A stretch of 64,000 bases of DNA, from the NCBI RefSeq assembly GCF_006345805.1, contig NC_042999.1, positions 54,870,001 to 54,934,000 on the forward strand. Direction: 5' to 3'. The stretch is from Octopus sinensis (taxonomy: Eukaryota). How positions within the stretch are numbered: the first letter of the stretch is position 1; every line of letters begins with the position of its first letter. The notes below the pieces were generated by a model, which was not told the origin of the DNA, searched no databases, and saw nothing but the letters and a program-made list of their open reading frames with translations. Shown piece after piece: positions 26,006-39,305 of the stretch. Position numbers and translations under genes: made by a program.

Positions 26006-26734
26006 TTAAAAAAAAGATATATATACACATACACGCGCGTATACATAAACCTGTATATATACATATGTAATTGCACATACGTATATACATGTGCATGAAC
26101 GCTTGTATTCGCACATATATACGCACCTATAATATTGAATGTATATACGTGTATATATACATACATACTTGTGGGGGTGAGGGAAATACCTCGATTGTTC
26201 CACTTGAATAATCAAAGCTAAATGTTAATTAGACATATTACCTTTGGTTCCGTAAAATTTCGAGAGAAAATACATTTTATTGATTTCCCAGCAGCACTTG
26301 GTTACAATGTTTGCTTCACTTCACAATTCACCTGGAGTTTGGCTAGCAATAGAGGGGGATGAGCCTGTATGTGGCCGTTTTTACTACAAGAAATAGCAGA
26401 CACTCTTCACGTAAACCCTGTCGTTTTAGGGAAGAAAATGATACATCAGATAATATAGTCTTGCATAACTAGTGACAGATAGGATAGGCATGGTTGGAAT
26501 GCTTTTGATCATTATTCTGCTTAATTAGGGCTGACCTTGGACTAAATGACAATAATCAAATATTTAGGAGCCTTAATTTCGACACAACAGCGACATCTTT
26601 CTACAAGCTGACTGGGTTGTGTGGTTAAAAAGTTCTCTTTGTTATCATTTAATTTTAGGTTCGATTCTAATGCGTGGCACTTTGGGCTATTATTTCCTAC
26701 TCTAGCCTTGGGTCAACCAAAGCATTCTATCTTT

Positions 26735-27090
26735 CACTTGTTTCAGTCATTGGACAGCGGCCATACAGGGGCATCTCTTGAAGGGTTTCGGTCGAACAAA
26801 TCCACCCCAGTGTTTAAGTCTGGTGCTTATTCTATCGGTACTTTTGCCGAACCGCTGCTAAGTTACAGAGACGTTAACAAACCAACATTGGTCGCCAAGC
26901 AGCTGTAGAAAACACACACACACGCATGCGCGTACGCGACAAGTTTCTTCTAGTTTCCTCCGTCAAATCCACTCAGAAAGCATTGGTCAACCCGGATCTT
27001 TAGTAAAACAGACTTGTCCACAGTGCCGCGCTGTGGGACTGAACCTGGAACCGCGTGGTAACAAAGCGAGATTCTTAACCACTCAGCCAT
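26735..27090 (-). mobile_element. SINE family B
   Basis: Reverse complement of family B. Confidence 0.78.
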
Positions 27091-27884
27091 GTCTGCGCTT
27101 ATTCCTGGAATTTCGTTGGCAGAAATGAAATGGAAGCCAATCAGAGAGACTGTTCGTGACAGAATCAATTTTGGTTTAACCTTTAACACTAACTCACGGT
27201 TACTCCTGGGTGCCTCTAGAGCTTTGATCTGGGGTTACCTTCCTTTCACAATCAGTCTCAAGAAAAAGAAAGGCACACTAGTATATCACCATGATTGGAA
27301 ACAGATGGAATAGTCATGGCTGGAACGTCTTTCATCATAAATTTGATAAATGAGGATTGACTTTCGACTAAGCCACTACCACAATGTGGCAGACAATTTG
27401 GTTAAGAATAACAGCAACAGGAATTTTTAACCCAGGAGTTGATGACCACACCTTTGAACAGAAAGGTTAGCATTGCTCTGATGGAACCGTTGGGGCTGTA
27501 TAAGCATCACGTGTTCATAATGCGACCACAAACAGTGCATAGACTGACAGACAGATAGACAGATAATTATCTATCAGTCTGTTTTCAGCCTGGCCGAGAA
27601 TGAAAATAGTGGACGTCGGGTTGATTTCGACAAGCCCGCCAAAAGCAGGACCCTTTTTTTTCTATTGGGAATAGCAAACCTGTCTACAAATTCGAAAAAT
27701 TCTTCATGTAAGAGAGATTTCCTCTCTTTCTATCTTTTCTCTCCTCCACTCTTTCCTATAGAAGAGCTTAGGCTCGAAACGTCAAACACCTCTTCCATTT
27801 TTCCTGAGCGTCGAAACTAGTACACCTTGTTTGTTATTCTCTCCCCCCTATATCTGTTTTTTGCTTTTTTGTATAAATTTGAAC

Positions 27885-27927
<43 letters not shown>

Positions 27928-28848
27928 TAGAGAGACAGACAGACAGACAGAGTAGTTAGTACTCGAAAACAAACTATTCTATTGTTTCGTGATTAGTTTA
28001 CACAAAGTGACACAATGGAAACGGTGTTGAGAGAATAAGAAGTCAGTCTCTAGATTCTAAAAATATGTCCTAACTCAACTTTTGTACCGATTCTCTCCAA
28101 CCTTAAACCAAAAGTAAACATTGTTTTCAGCGATAGAATTAGATAAGTAATTCCTTAATTCCTGTCCACTTGAAATAATCTTATTGTGTGTTGGGAGTTA
28201 AAGAGAGAGAGCATTATAAAGAGACGGCGACAGATGTATAAAAAAACCTGCATTCCATTAATGTCATCGTCTTCCATGAGCTTTTGTGCAAAGCTTTTCT
28301 CCGTATTGCAAAGGGCGGGGACAGATAATCCGGCTACCCTGAGTGGTGATAGTGGCGGCGGCGAGCCAGGTGTACACCTTGATTGAAACGGCCTATGATC
28401 AAAGGCTTTCCAACCGTAACCCACCAGGCTTTACTGGAGTGTCTATGACTACATTATCTAATGTCTGGTCCTCGATCTTTAACCCAGGGAAGATCTGGCT
28501 GCTATTTCTAAACAGGTCGTGAAACTATAGAAAGGCGTCATCGTCGTTCGCAGGTCACTTCTTGTTTCGTGCAGCGCGCGTGTGTATGTGTGTAGATGTT
28601 TGTCTGTTGTCGATGTATGCGTCTCACTTGTCTGCGATCACATTTGTGTGTATGTGTCTTTGCGTGTTCGTGTACGTTCATATATATGCGCCTGTCGATG
28701 TATGTTCATATATATGCGCCTGTCTAACTGTGTATTTTGAGTAAATAGTGTATAATTTTTAATTAGATATATTTAGTTTTCCAAACGACTTCAGAATCTA
28801 TTAACCAGCTTAAAAATTGGTTCAATGAACCGGTTGTATTCTTTAATG

Positions 28849-29045
28849 CAGTGGTTCCCAAACTATGAGTCGCGACCCACAGATGGGTCGCGAACGGAAT
28901 CTTAGTGGGTCGCAAATAGTTATAAAATTACACATTAGCTTTGATCAACTGCTGTCTATCGAGATACTCAGTAGAGTTAAGTGGGTCGTCATAAACTGGT
29001 GTGATAAATAGTGGGTCGCGACTCTAAAAAGTTTGGGAACCACTG
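28849..29045. mobile_element. hAT (Charlie-like) MITE, 197 bp
   Basis: Perfect 16-bp TIR CAGTGGTTCCCAAACT; 8-bp TSD CTTTAATG at 28841-28848 and 29046-29053; repeated subterminal GGGTCG motifs. Confidence 0.95.
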
Positions 29046-30491
29046 CTTTAATGTGTTTGATTAGTTTTCGAAATGAGCGTAACATATTTCTTGTGCTGAT
29101 TTATTATATTTTATACATACATACATAAATGTTCGCATGCTTATATGGCATTGTGCACAAATATATAGAAACACGCCCCTCCAATATGTTTTGAGTATAT
29201 TTTAAAGTTTACAATTGTATATGTGTGTTTATACAGTTATGTGCGGATATACGTTCCAACAAGATATCAAAAATTTTATTTTTGTTGCCTTTAACGTATC
29301 AAATTATTGGCCGCATTTTTATTTGAACTCTTCACACATTGTTTTACATCCTTCTATACGCTGGATAAACAGATTTCACGAAGCGGAGCTAGACACAACT
29401 GGCTTCACACGACGTACCTCAAATGACTCCACTAAATATGATATTCCAATAAATACCAACTCTCAACGACTCCAACAACTCTTTTTTTGGGGGGGGGCAC
29501 CATGGCCCCTAACACAGAGGGGGACACTACAAGGACAGATACAACACCACAGTGGGAACATTAAACATAAAACGAATGAAGATGAATGTTATATAAAAAT
29601 GGAATAAATGAAATGGCTGCATGGGCCCCACTCCACGACTCCTACAACTTTTCCCTCACAACTAATACGTTATTCTTTATAAGAGTTCGGCTAGTCCATT
29701 CTTCCAGTCCCACAGGGGTGTCAATGACTCTCGCCACAACACATTGATTGGTTCAAAAAATACTTAAGCTATCATAAACTTGCATCGATTGAATTAGCAG
29801 TCAGCAATAGGCATCAGGTCTTCTAAAAATTCATCTCGAGTAAATTGTAATCTATGTTGGCCGGAAAATCTTTATATACTCTGCTTCAATAAGAAGTCAG
29901 AAATAAGTAAGAGATTATCTAGGAATCCTTTCTTTGACCATGTGTTGTCTATGTGGAAATTGGGAAGATTTTATCCTTTATTCCCTAAATGTTATCACAC
30001 CCAAACAAACCGCGCTTTTAAAAGTCTTGAGGGTTGAATTGTTTGGCCCTAGTTAGACAGTCTCAATAATTTCACATCCCACCAAGAGGAGCTGATCTGA
30101 TTAATTGTTATTAGTTAACATGTTTAATGCTGTGAACCTTAATTGAGTGAGCTACATCTAATTAATTCATTTAAATAATTATGTGGTGAAATAATTATAA
30201 GCTGGAGAAGAGAAAACATTAGTTATTCATTAATGTTGAATCTTTCGGCATCAAAAACGGAAGACAACTCCATGCATATTTCGAGATTGTTAGATCTCCT
30301 TAGTGACAGTGTAAGCTTCGCTGTATTTGCTGAAGTTGTAACGATAGAGTCACGAAGTAAATGCACAATATGATACATTTGTTGATGTAGAAAAGCAGAA
30401 ACATATTCGGAGAATAAATTACTTTTAGATGTTCTCTGCAAGAAAACAGTAGTTGAATCAGTGATATTTACTGGTGTCAATAGAAATACAA

Positions 30492-30853
30492 TTATTATGA
30501 CTTCCGTCTTAGCGGAGGTATTGTTTTCAGTCATATTTGTTTGTCTGTGGACAAGATATCTCAAGAACCGCTGGATGGATTCGGATGAAACTCTCGGGGA
30601 TGTTTGGCTTCGTAACTGGCACGAACTGATTAGATTTCGGGATCGATCCGGTACCGGACAAGGATTCTTGATTATTTTCCCCGGTTTTTTACTTGATTTT
30701 TGAGAGTGGTTGGGTTCATTTTTAGTATTCTCGTTTGTGAGAGCGTTCGAGTTTATTTCAGATATTCTCATTTTAAAAATCGTCTCCGGTTAATCGTTGA
30801 GAGGACGTTGGTGTTGCCGTGACAGAGGTTTGCGCTCTCTGAGTGCTCTTGTT
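30492..30853 (+). mobile_element. Helentron-associated non-autonomous element (HINE/DINE-1-like)
   Basis: 5' ACTTCCGTCTTAGCGGAGGT, subterminal inverted GACAGAGGT, 3' hairpin GCGCTCTCTGAGTGC, T-rich ends, no TSD. Confidence 0.65.
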
Positions 30854-30959
30854 GTTTTACTTCTCAGAGCGCTCGATCTTGTTTGCCTTGGTTGATTCTG
30901 TGAGAGCAGACAGCAGTCTCTTGTCTGCAGTCTCACAGGGTCTCTTTATAATCTTTGAT

Positions 30960-31375
30960 AATTGGATGTTAATTATCGTGAAAGACATTCAACATCCAGT
31001 ACCAATCTCAAAATCCTAGCTGTCCCCAGCAGAGCAGATTTTTGGGGAATTGCTCTGCTCTCATGTCGATTCCCATTTCTCTGACGTATTTCTCAAACTT
31101 GGTTCTTAGTGCCCGAGTGCCCTACAACTACTGGAATGACAGACACTCTCCTCATAGTCCACATTCTTACAATTTCGTCTTTTAGTAGTCTGTACTTTTC
31201 AGTCTTTTCTGGTTCTTTGTCACTTATGCCTGCATCCCCTGTTACTTCAATATCTATAATCTTGGATTCCTTTTTCCCTTCTCTACCACAACAATATCTG
31301 GTCTCTGAGCCTCGATTAAGGAGTGACATTGGATTGTGAAATCCCACAGTATCTAATATTTATTCTCCTCTGTGA
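30960..31375 (-). mobile_element. R4/Dong-clade fragment
   Basis: Minus-strand IIDIEVTGDAGISDKEPEKTEKYRLLKDEIVRMWTMRRVSVIPVVVG. Confidence 0.72.
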
Positions 31376-31534
31376 GTCCTACTAGTTCTTGATGGCGCCA
31401 TTTCCATGTTCTGTTCAGGCCGTACTTTTCACATAGCCTCCAGTGGACGAACTTAGCCACGTTATCATGCCTCCTTTCGTTGTACTTTTGGGCCAGCTTG
31501 CTACACTTGCAATATGTGAGGTTGTTTCGTTCTT

Positions 31535-31721
31535 GCTACCTACGCTGGACAAAACGCTTAGCGGCATTTTCCCTCCGTCCTTACGTTCTGGGTTCAAATT
31601 CCACCGATGTTGACTTATCCTTTCGGGGTCGGTAAATTAAGTACCAGTTAAGTACTGGGGTCGATGTAATCGACTTGTCCCTTCCCCAAAAATTTCATGC
31701 CTTGTGCCTATAGTAGAAAGG

Positions 31722-31722
<1 letters not shown>
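31535..31722 (+). mobile_element. SINE family A monomer (tail-2) followed by (TTA)n
   Basis: Core and CCTTGTGCCTATAGTAGAAAGGATT tail. Confidence 0.78.
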
Positions 31723-31773
<51 letters not shown>

Positions 31774-32223
31774 GAAAACTCACAGTTTATTTTGCTGGGT
31801 ATGATGAAAAGTGTCAGCTGTCCACAGCCAGCAGACTAAGGTGGCACTTGTTTACTGGTCATGCTTCAAGAACCCTGCGAAGAATTCTTGCAGTTCTTAG
31901 CAATGCTGATTTTGTAGGTGTTCTACCTTCACACTTGCACCGATCTTTTTCAGCCATGTTGGTAGTTGAGTGCTGATACTACCAAATGCACCAATTACTG
32001 TTGATATCACATCTACTCTCCTCATTGACCACAACCTTTGTTATTCCATTATTATTATTGCCTCACCCTATTGGAAGTTTTTTTTCGTTGTAATATTTTC
32101 GTTGTTAAACTGCTTTTTTCACTCGGATTTTTTCACCTTTCGTCTTGTTTTGTCCCTTTATGTGATCATTGATTTTTGTCAGCCCTTGTGGCCAATAAAA
32201 GAATTAATTATTATTATTAGTTA

Positions 32224-32278
<55 letters not shown>

Positions 32279-32382
32279 CGGAAGATGAATTAATCTTAGA
32301 CGCTGTCTGCAAGGAAATACAACAGTTGAGTTAGTGATAATATATTTACTGAAGTGAATATGAAATATATTAACTAGAAATA

Positions 32383-32423
<41 letters not shown>

Positions 32424-34033
32424 GTCTTACGACATGAATAAAATACAAGACAGCAACAATGTAAGGATGTGGCGGTATCTGGAGGGGGGGAATAGTGATA
32501 AATATTGCTTTGTTCTTCGATGTGACTGGTTGGGAGCGAAAAGAAGAGAAAGGACAATAGACAAAGACTCGTTTATGATATCAATACACGGCTTGACACT
32601 TGAATATCTTCCGACGGATGTGTAGGAGCCGTGTGTAAGAATTACTTTCCTTCCTTAATCGTCTGAAAGAGCGAGTGAGAGTCTAAGGAACGTCGGAGAA
32701 CGTCTCGTTGACGATCACTCTCGACGGTTGCTAACATAACTCATCTTTGTCAATAGATGTGTCGACTACGTAAGAGCGTGAGTAGGGGCCCCGCTCTTGT
32801 AAATGTCATCTGTAGCAGGTGTGGTGGTAGTGGTGAGGGCGGTTGGGGTTGATGGTGATAGTGGTGGGGTGGGGATTACCAGTGGGGTAAAGGTGAGGAC
32901 GGTGGTAATGGCGGTGTAATGGTAGGGGTACTGTTGATGGTACTGGTGATAATAGTTTATGTATGTTGTCGTGGAAGACGCGTGTGTGTGTGTGTGTATG
33001 AGAGAGAGAGAAAGAGAGAGAGAGAACGTGAATGTGTATTTTTTATTCTTTATTGGTTGGTGCAGAAGAAGGGGTTGTCCTTGATGCCCTCCAGCACCGG
33101 TGAGATTGGTTTTATTAGGGTTCCACTTAAGCTGTTTTAAGTCAATAGTTGAATGGAAATATGAGAGAATTCCAGAGGGACAACGTTCTATGGAGGAAGG
33201 ATCTGCTCTAGTGGCTAGTGTGGAGTTTGAGTGAGAGTGACACAGTATGGGGGCGGGAGAGTAGAGGTAAGATAACTTGGGACTAATGAAGTGGGGATGG
33301 TATGGGACTAGCTAGTTCTGCGGAACAGCGGCCAATGTAGTAGCAGTACAACTGGCCGAGGGAGGAGACAGTGTATCTTTAGGCCAGAGGCTGAAGTATA
33401 TTTGTGAATGGCTTCATGTTAATTGGTCTCGTAGCCTTTCTCTGGGTTTTGATTAAGATGTCTGTGTGCAGCAGCAGCAGCAGCTATCCTGCCCCAGATT
33501 TGGAACTGTATGGAAGAAAACCAACCCCTAAAAGTTCTTGTTTTGACGGTCAGAAAGACGATATCCAACGACGTGTACCTCAGGGTATAGTGAGACACAT
33601 AGATCACCCTGGTCATTTCACCTACATCCTTCATATACACAAGTCTTCTCGGCCGCCTTGCCAATGTTTCAGGAAGCTGTGGACGAAGAGTGAGACTGCT
33701 TTACTCTTCACTCTCAGTTTTTCTTCATAATAATCCATTTTCAACGCAAGTCAGAACTTAAAATCTTTCGACCGACAAACAGACAACAGATCTTTCGGTG
33801 AAGTTGTCAGCGCATCACGTGCACGCGATGACGAAATACCGCCACATAGGCGGAAGCAGCTGCAGACCTTTGGTCATCTGCTTGGACGTCTCCGTCGTCG
33901 TTGTTGTGGTATATAAATGATGGAGTTTTGATCACTTTGCAAAATGGAGGACGACCAACACTAAACACCAGGCAGAGTCAGGGTGGCGTTATGTGTGTCA
34001 GCCCCTCGTTTTAATTACTGGTATAGTTCATTT

Positions 34034-34454
34034 GAAAGGCGGCGAGCTGGCAGAAACTTTAGCACGCCGGGCGAAATGCGTCGCCGTATTTCGTCTGCGG
34101 TTACGTTCTGAGTACAAATTCCGCCGAGGTCGACTTTGCCTTTCATCCTTTCGGGGTCGATAAATTAAGTACCAGTTACGCACTGGGGTCGATGTAATCG
34201 ACTTAATCTGTTAGTCTGTCCTTGTTTGTCCCCTCTGTGTTTAGCCCCTTGTGGGTAGTAAAGAAATAGGTATTTCGTTCTGCCGTTACGTTCTGAGTTG
34301 AAATTCCGCCGAGGTCGACTTTGCCTTTCATCCTTTCGGAGTCGATATATTAAGTACCAGTTACGCACTGGGGTCGATGTAATCGACTTAATCTGTTTGT
34401 CTGTCCTTGTTTGTCCCCTCTGTGTTTAGCCCCTTGTGGGTAGTAAAGAAATAG
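34034..34454 (+). mobile_element. SINE family A homodimer (tRNA-like head and two tail-1 units)
   Basis: A-box-like TGGCAGAAAC, B-box-like GAGTACAAATTCC; units 34086-34269 and 34270-34454; 13-bp TSD GGTATAGTTCATT at 34020-34032 and 34454-34466. Confidence 0.9.
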
Positions 34455-35081
34455 GTATAGTTCATTAGACTGCTTCCATACAGATTCTGTTTTGTCAGCT
34501 TTGATTCACTGAAATCACGTATAAGTGAATATATCCCATAATATTAAGAGTTTATTGTTGTACAACACCGTCTGTTGGAGACCCAGCCGTGTTTCATCCA
34601 CCCATTTGGGGAGACAGGTTTAAGTAGTGACGAGATTAACTGCTGACCTCATCGATCATTTATTTGATAAGAAAGCTTCTGATGGTTGATGGTGTAAGGA
34701 AATAATTGATCATAAAATAAATGAATAGATAAATAAATAAATGAAAGTGGAATTTATCACCAACAACAATAACAACAACAAAAATAGCTGACAAAGATAT
34801 CTTATTACACTAGGCAATCGTTAAAGTTATATCAGAGAGTTGGGAGTTGCCAGCTGAAAGAGAAAACCTTTAATGTCACGGGGTTGGGTATGGTTGTATA
34901 TTTGGTGGATTAACAAAAGACACCCAACTCGTGGAATATTACCTGGAGACACAACTATTGTGGCTAATAACAAGTGTCTAAAGTGGTGGCCATATAGTCT
35001 TGTCTCGTTTTTCTTTTTTGTTTTGTTTTACAATACATACTATATTAACAGCGGTACTCAGCAGTGCCCGGGTGTTGTATT

Positions 35082-35473
35082 CTTTTCTGCTCTAAGCACA
35101 AGGCCCGAAATTTTGCGGGGAAGGAGGCTAGTCGATTAGATCGACCCCAGTACGCAACTGGTACTTAATTTATCGGCTCCGAAAGGATGATAGACAATGT
35201 CGACCTCAGCGGAATTTGAACTCAGAACGTAAATACCTATTTCTTTACAACCCACAAGGGCTAAACACAGAGGGGACAAATAAGGACAGACAAACGGATT
35301 AAGTCGATTATATTGACCCCAGTGCGTAACTGGTACTTATTTAATCGACCCCGAAAGGATGAAAGACAAAGTCGACCTCGGCGGAATTTGAACTCAGAAC
35401 GTAACGGCAGTCGAAATACCGCTAAGCATTTCGCCCGGTGCGGTGCGTTAACGTTTCTGCCAGCTCGCCGCCT
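35082..35473 (-). mobile_element. SINE family A heterodimer (tail-1 unit then tail-2 unit)
   Basis: 22-bp TSD AGCAGTGCCCGGGTGTTGTATT at 35060-35081 and 35477-35498. Confidence 0.9.
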
Positions 35474-35512
35474 TGAAGCAGTGCCCGGGTGTTGTATTGA
35501 AGTATCTTTATG

Positions 35513-35815
35513 AAGGCGCATTGCTTAGTCATTTCGGGTATTCGGCTCTCAATCGTAAGGTTGTGAGTTCGATTCCCAGAGTCGCGTTGTGTTTTTGAGC
35601 AAGACACTTTATTTCAGTTAACCCAGCTGGCAGAAATGAGTCGTACCTGCATTGCAAAGGGCTGGCCTTGTCAGATTCTGTGTCAGGCTGAAACCCCTTG
35701 AGATCCTTGTTGAGTGTAGACGCGTATCTGCGGAGAACTCAGCCACTTGCACGTTAACTTCAGGAGCAGGCTCAGATCAACCGGAACACTCGTCGTCGTA
35801 ACCGACGGAGGGCCA
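35513..35815 (+). mobile_element. SINE family C
   Basis: Homologous to 13457-13776 along its length. Confidence 0.8.
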
Positions 35816-35995
35816 GTTATTGAAGGATCTTTTAAGCACTGAGGTGGAGATTGAACACCGTAAAGGAAATGGTTTGCGGTGGAAGAGTGACGAAGAAATA
35901 ATATGACAAAAGATTAATGATTAAAGAATATGTTCGCGATTTAGTTGTAAAGTGTTGTGAGACATTTTGTTTAATAACAAACAATACAAACGTTA

Positions 35996-36205
35996 GTCGG
36001 TCGGTCGGTCGGTCGGTCGGTTGGTCGGTCGGTCGGTTGGTTGGTTGGTTGGTTGGTTGGTTGGTTGGTTGGCTTGTTGGTTAGTTGCTTGGTTGGTTGG
36101 TTGGTTGGTTGGTTGGTTGGCTTGTTGGTTGGTTGGTTGGCTTGTTGGTTGGTTGGTTGGTTGGTTGGTCGGTTGGTCGGTCGGTCGGTCGGTCGGTCGG
36201 TCGGT
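35996..36205. repeat. Compound (TCGG)n-(TTGG)n-(TCGG)n tetranucleotide repeat
   Basis: Direct. Confidence 0.95.
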
Positions 36206-36357
36206 TTCCCCAGTTACACTTTACATGAGAGAGAGAGAGGGGGGAGATAGAGAGTAAAAGCGGGAGAGAGATAACATAAGAGGTGCAGTATGAGTGTCTT
36301 ATAACTTTCTGAAGAATACTTTTTCTTTTTTTACCTTTATTAAAGAAATTTTGCAGA

Positions 36358-36740
36358 GGCGCAGGGGTGGCTGTGTGGAAAGAAGTTTGCTTCCCAACCA
36401 CATTGTTCCGAGTTCAGTCCCATTGCGTGACACCTTGAGCAAATGTTTTGTACTATAGCTTTGGGCCGACCAAAGTCTTATGATTGGATTTTGTAGACGG
36501 AAACTGAAAGAAGCCCGTCGTATATATATATATATCTGTGTGTGTGTTTGTCCTCCCCCTAACCATCGCCTGACAATCGTTGATGGTGTGTTTACGTCCC
36601 CGTAACTTGGCGGTTCGGCAAAAGATACTGATAGAATAAGTACTAGGCTTACAAAGAATAAGTCCTGAGGTCGATTTGCTCGACTAAAGGCGTTGCTCCA
36701 GCATGGCCGCAGTCAGATGACTGAAGCAAGTAAAAGAAAG
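36358..36740 (+). mobile_element. SINE family B
   Basis: Full-length copy. Confidence 0.85.
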
Positions 36741-38937
36741 TGGGATTGCGATTATCTTCATACAATCCGTGTGTTTGGTGTCAGCATAGAATCGAGTAAC
36801 TGCAATTCGCTTTATGTTATCATCAGTAATATCACCGAAGTCATTGCATCGTTACTGCGACGAACAAAATAACCTTATGGAATTTCTTCCAGCTCTTTAC
36901 GTTCCGTGTTCGAATCCTGCCAATGTCAACCTCACTTTCCCTCCTTTCGGAGTCGATAAAATAAAGTACCAAGTAACAGTTACTTTGGAAGGGGTTTCTC
37001 AGGAATCGAGTGACTCACTCCCTTCCAAATCGCTCGCCTTGGGCTTTAGTCAGAAACGCTTGTTATTGCGAAGGACTTAAAGACAATGGTAGAGCAACTC
37101 CAACCCGTGCGAAATAACTTCCTGAGCAACAATGCTTACCTCAGACCCACCTGCGGAGGAAATACACCTGAAATGTTTAAGGAAATTTTTCCCATTCTCC
37201 TCGTCTTTTTTTTCTCACGCCATTGTGGTAGATGTTGGGATTACATTTGCAACTTCCGGTGTAGTTTCCAAATAATTCTGGGTTCTCAGCGTTTCCCTAC
37301 TTTATGCTTGATTCTCTTCAAATGACCTTTCACAGTTCTTAATATTTTTCTTGGTATTGAATATATAGAAAAACGGTGTAATTTCTAAAGTATGCCTTAA
37401 TAATAACAACAACAACAATAATAATAATAATAATAGAGCACTTGAAAGACTGCCGAAAACGTGTGGATACCTAAGGTTATGGTTAGTACCCCGCTACCCA
37501 CATAAATCCTACCAGGAATAAGACCAAACCTGAACTTTGCTTCAATAATAATAATAATAATAATAATAATCCGTTCTACTATTGGTACAAGCCCTGAAAA
37601 TTGGTGGGGGAGAGGACTAGTCCATTACATCGATCCCAGTAGTCGACTAGTACTTATTTTATCGATCTTGAAAGTAGTAGTAGTATGGGGGTGGGCATGT
37701 GTATCACTGCATCAGCCATTTGTTGGTGATTCCCTATTCCTGGCAAATGACACTTTTGCACCGCTCAAGCAACAACCCTCCGACCCACGGGGCGGTTTGG
37801 TGTTGGTAATCATTGCTGGTGAGGGTATTTTTTTTAGGTTTGAGTGCAAATCCTACCTCAACGTTTTTTAGTCACATTTTACAACACCCAGAAGAAACGT
37901 TGGGTCTATTCTTTGGTAATGCTGGTTCCCACACAGCACCAGAGCAACGTGAAAGGAAGTGTTTTGGTCCGAAAGGATAAAAGGCAAGGTCAGCTTCGGC
38001 CGCATTTGAACGCAGACAGTAGAGTTAGAAGAGATGCTACTAAACATTTTGTCCGATGCGCTAACGATTCTGCCAACCGTATAAGGTTGATTGTGATTTC
38101 GGTGTTTCTGAAGTGTATTGGACATGTTGTTTTGTGTGTGGGCGTGCATGCGCGCCCTTGTCGTTCACGATCCTTCTGAGATCAACGATCACTATCCACC
38201 TGATTTACATCCCGCTAACTCTACATGTCACTTCCTCACACTTTTTTAGGTTCATATTTTAAGGTACTCAGATCGTTGCTGTGTCACGTTGGATTCCACA
38301 AAAGATGACCATCGTCTCCGTTTGTATCAGTTATTCAACAATGATTCCCTCTTTTGACCCAACTTTTCGGTGTCTTTTTTTTTTCTTTTTAAAGTACGTC
38401 CTTGAAATTCTTTTTTTTTTTTTTTTTTTACCCCTCATATCCAGGATATTAGTTAGACGTTTTGTTCTATGACCGTAGATTGATTTAGTCGCACTAAAGA
38501 AACCTTTTCAATATCAATCCCTTCAACCAGTCTCTAGATTTCAAATACTTTAACCTGTCACGAACTGTTCTTTATTTCAAGTATTTGTTTCTTGATGCAA
38601 CTTTTCTTTTCGCTCTCATTGTTCTTGTCATTTTGTTAGACATGAAAATGTGTTCCCTTTCTGTCGGTCTGTTGTTTGATTTTGGTGGTGTTCTTGTTAA
38701 ACTTGTCTCGATGTTTTCTGGGTGTAAAGTCCGAGGGATACCGACGATTTGCATTTTATGTTTTCAAAAAGACCGAAGTGTTTCCAAAGTAATAAATGAC
38801 AGTTTGTCATTTAGGTACTGCTGCTGGTGTAGTTTTGTCTTTGCTAAGAGAGAGAGCTAAGAAAAATTCAAGATTGATTTTCGACTGGCATCGTTTCTGC
38901 TGCCGACATCGCTTTGGAGAATGTTGAATAGCTATAT

Positions 38938-39305
38938 TAGATCGTAGCACGCCCGGCAAGATGCGTAGCCGTATTTCGTCTGCCGTTACGTTCTGAGTTC
39001 AAATTCCGCCGAGGTCGACTTTGCCTTTCATCCTTTTGGGGTCGATAAATTAAGTACCAGTTACGCACTGGGGTCGATGTAATCGACTTAATCCGTTTGT
39101 CTGTCCTTGTTTGTCCCCTCTATGTTTAGCCCCTTGTGGGCAATAAAGAAATAAGAAACGTTAGTACGCTAGGCGAAACGCTAAGCGGTATTTCGTCTGT
39201 CTTTGCGTTCTGAGTTCAAATTCCGTCGAGGTTGACTTTGCCATTCATCGACTGGTCCCCTCCCCAAAATTTTCGGGCCTTGTGCATAGAGTAGAAAAGA
39301 ATATT
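38938..39305 (+). mobile_element. SINE family A heterodimer, alternative junction
   Basis: Tail-1 AAAGAAATA joins AGAAACGTTAG at 39154; the same junction type occurs at about 24244. Confidence 0.85.
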
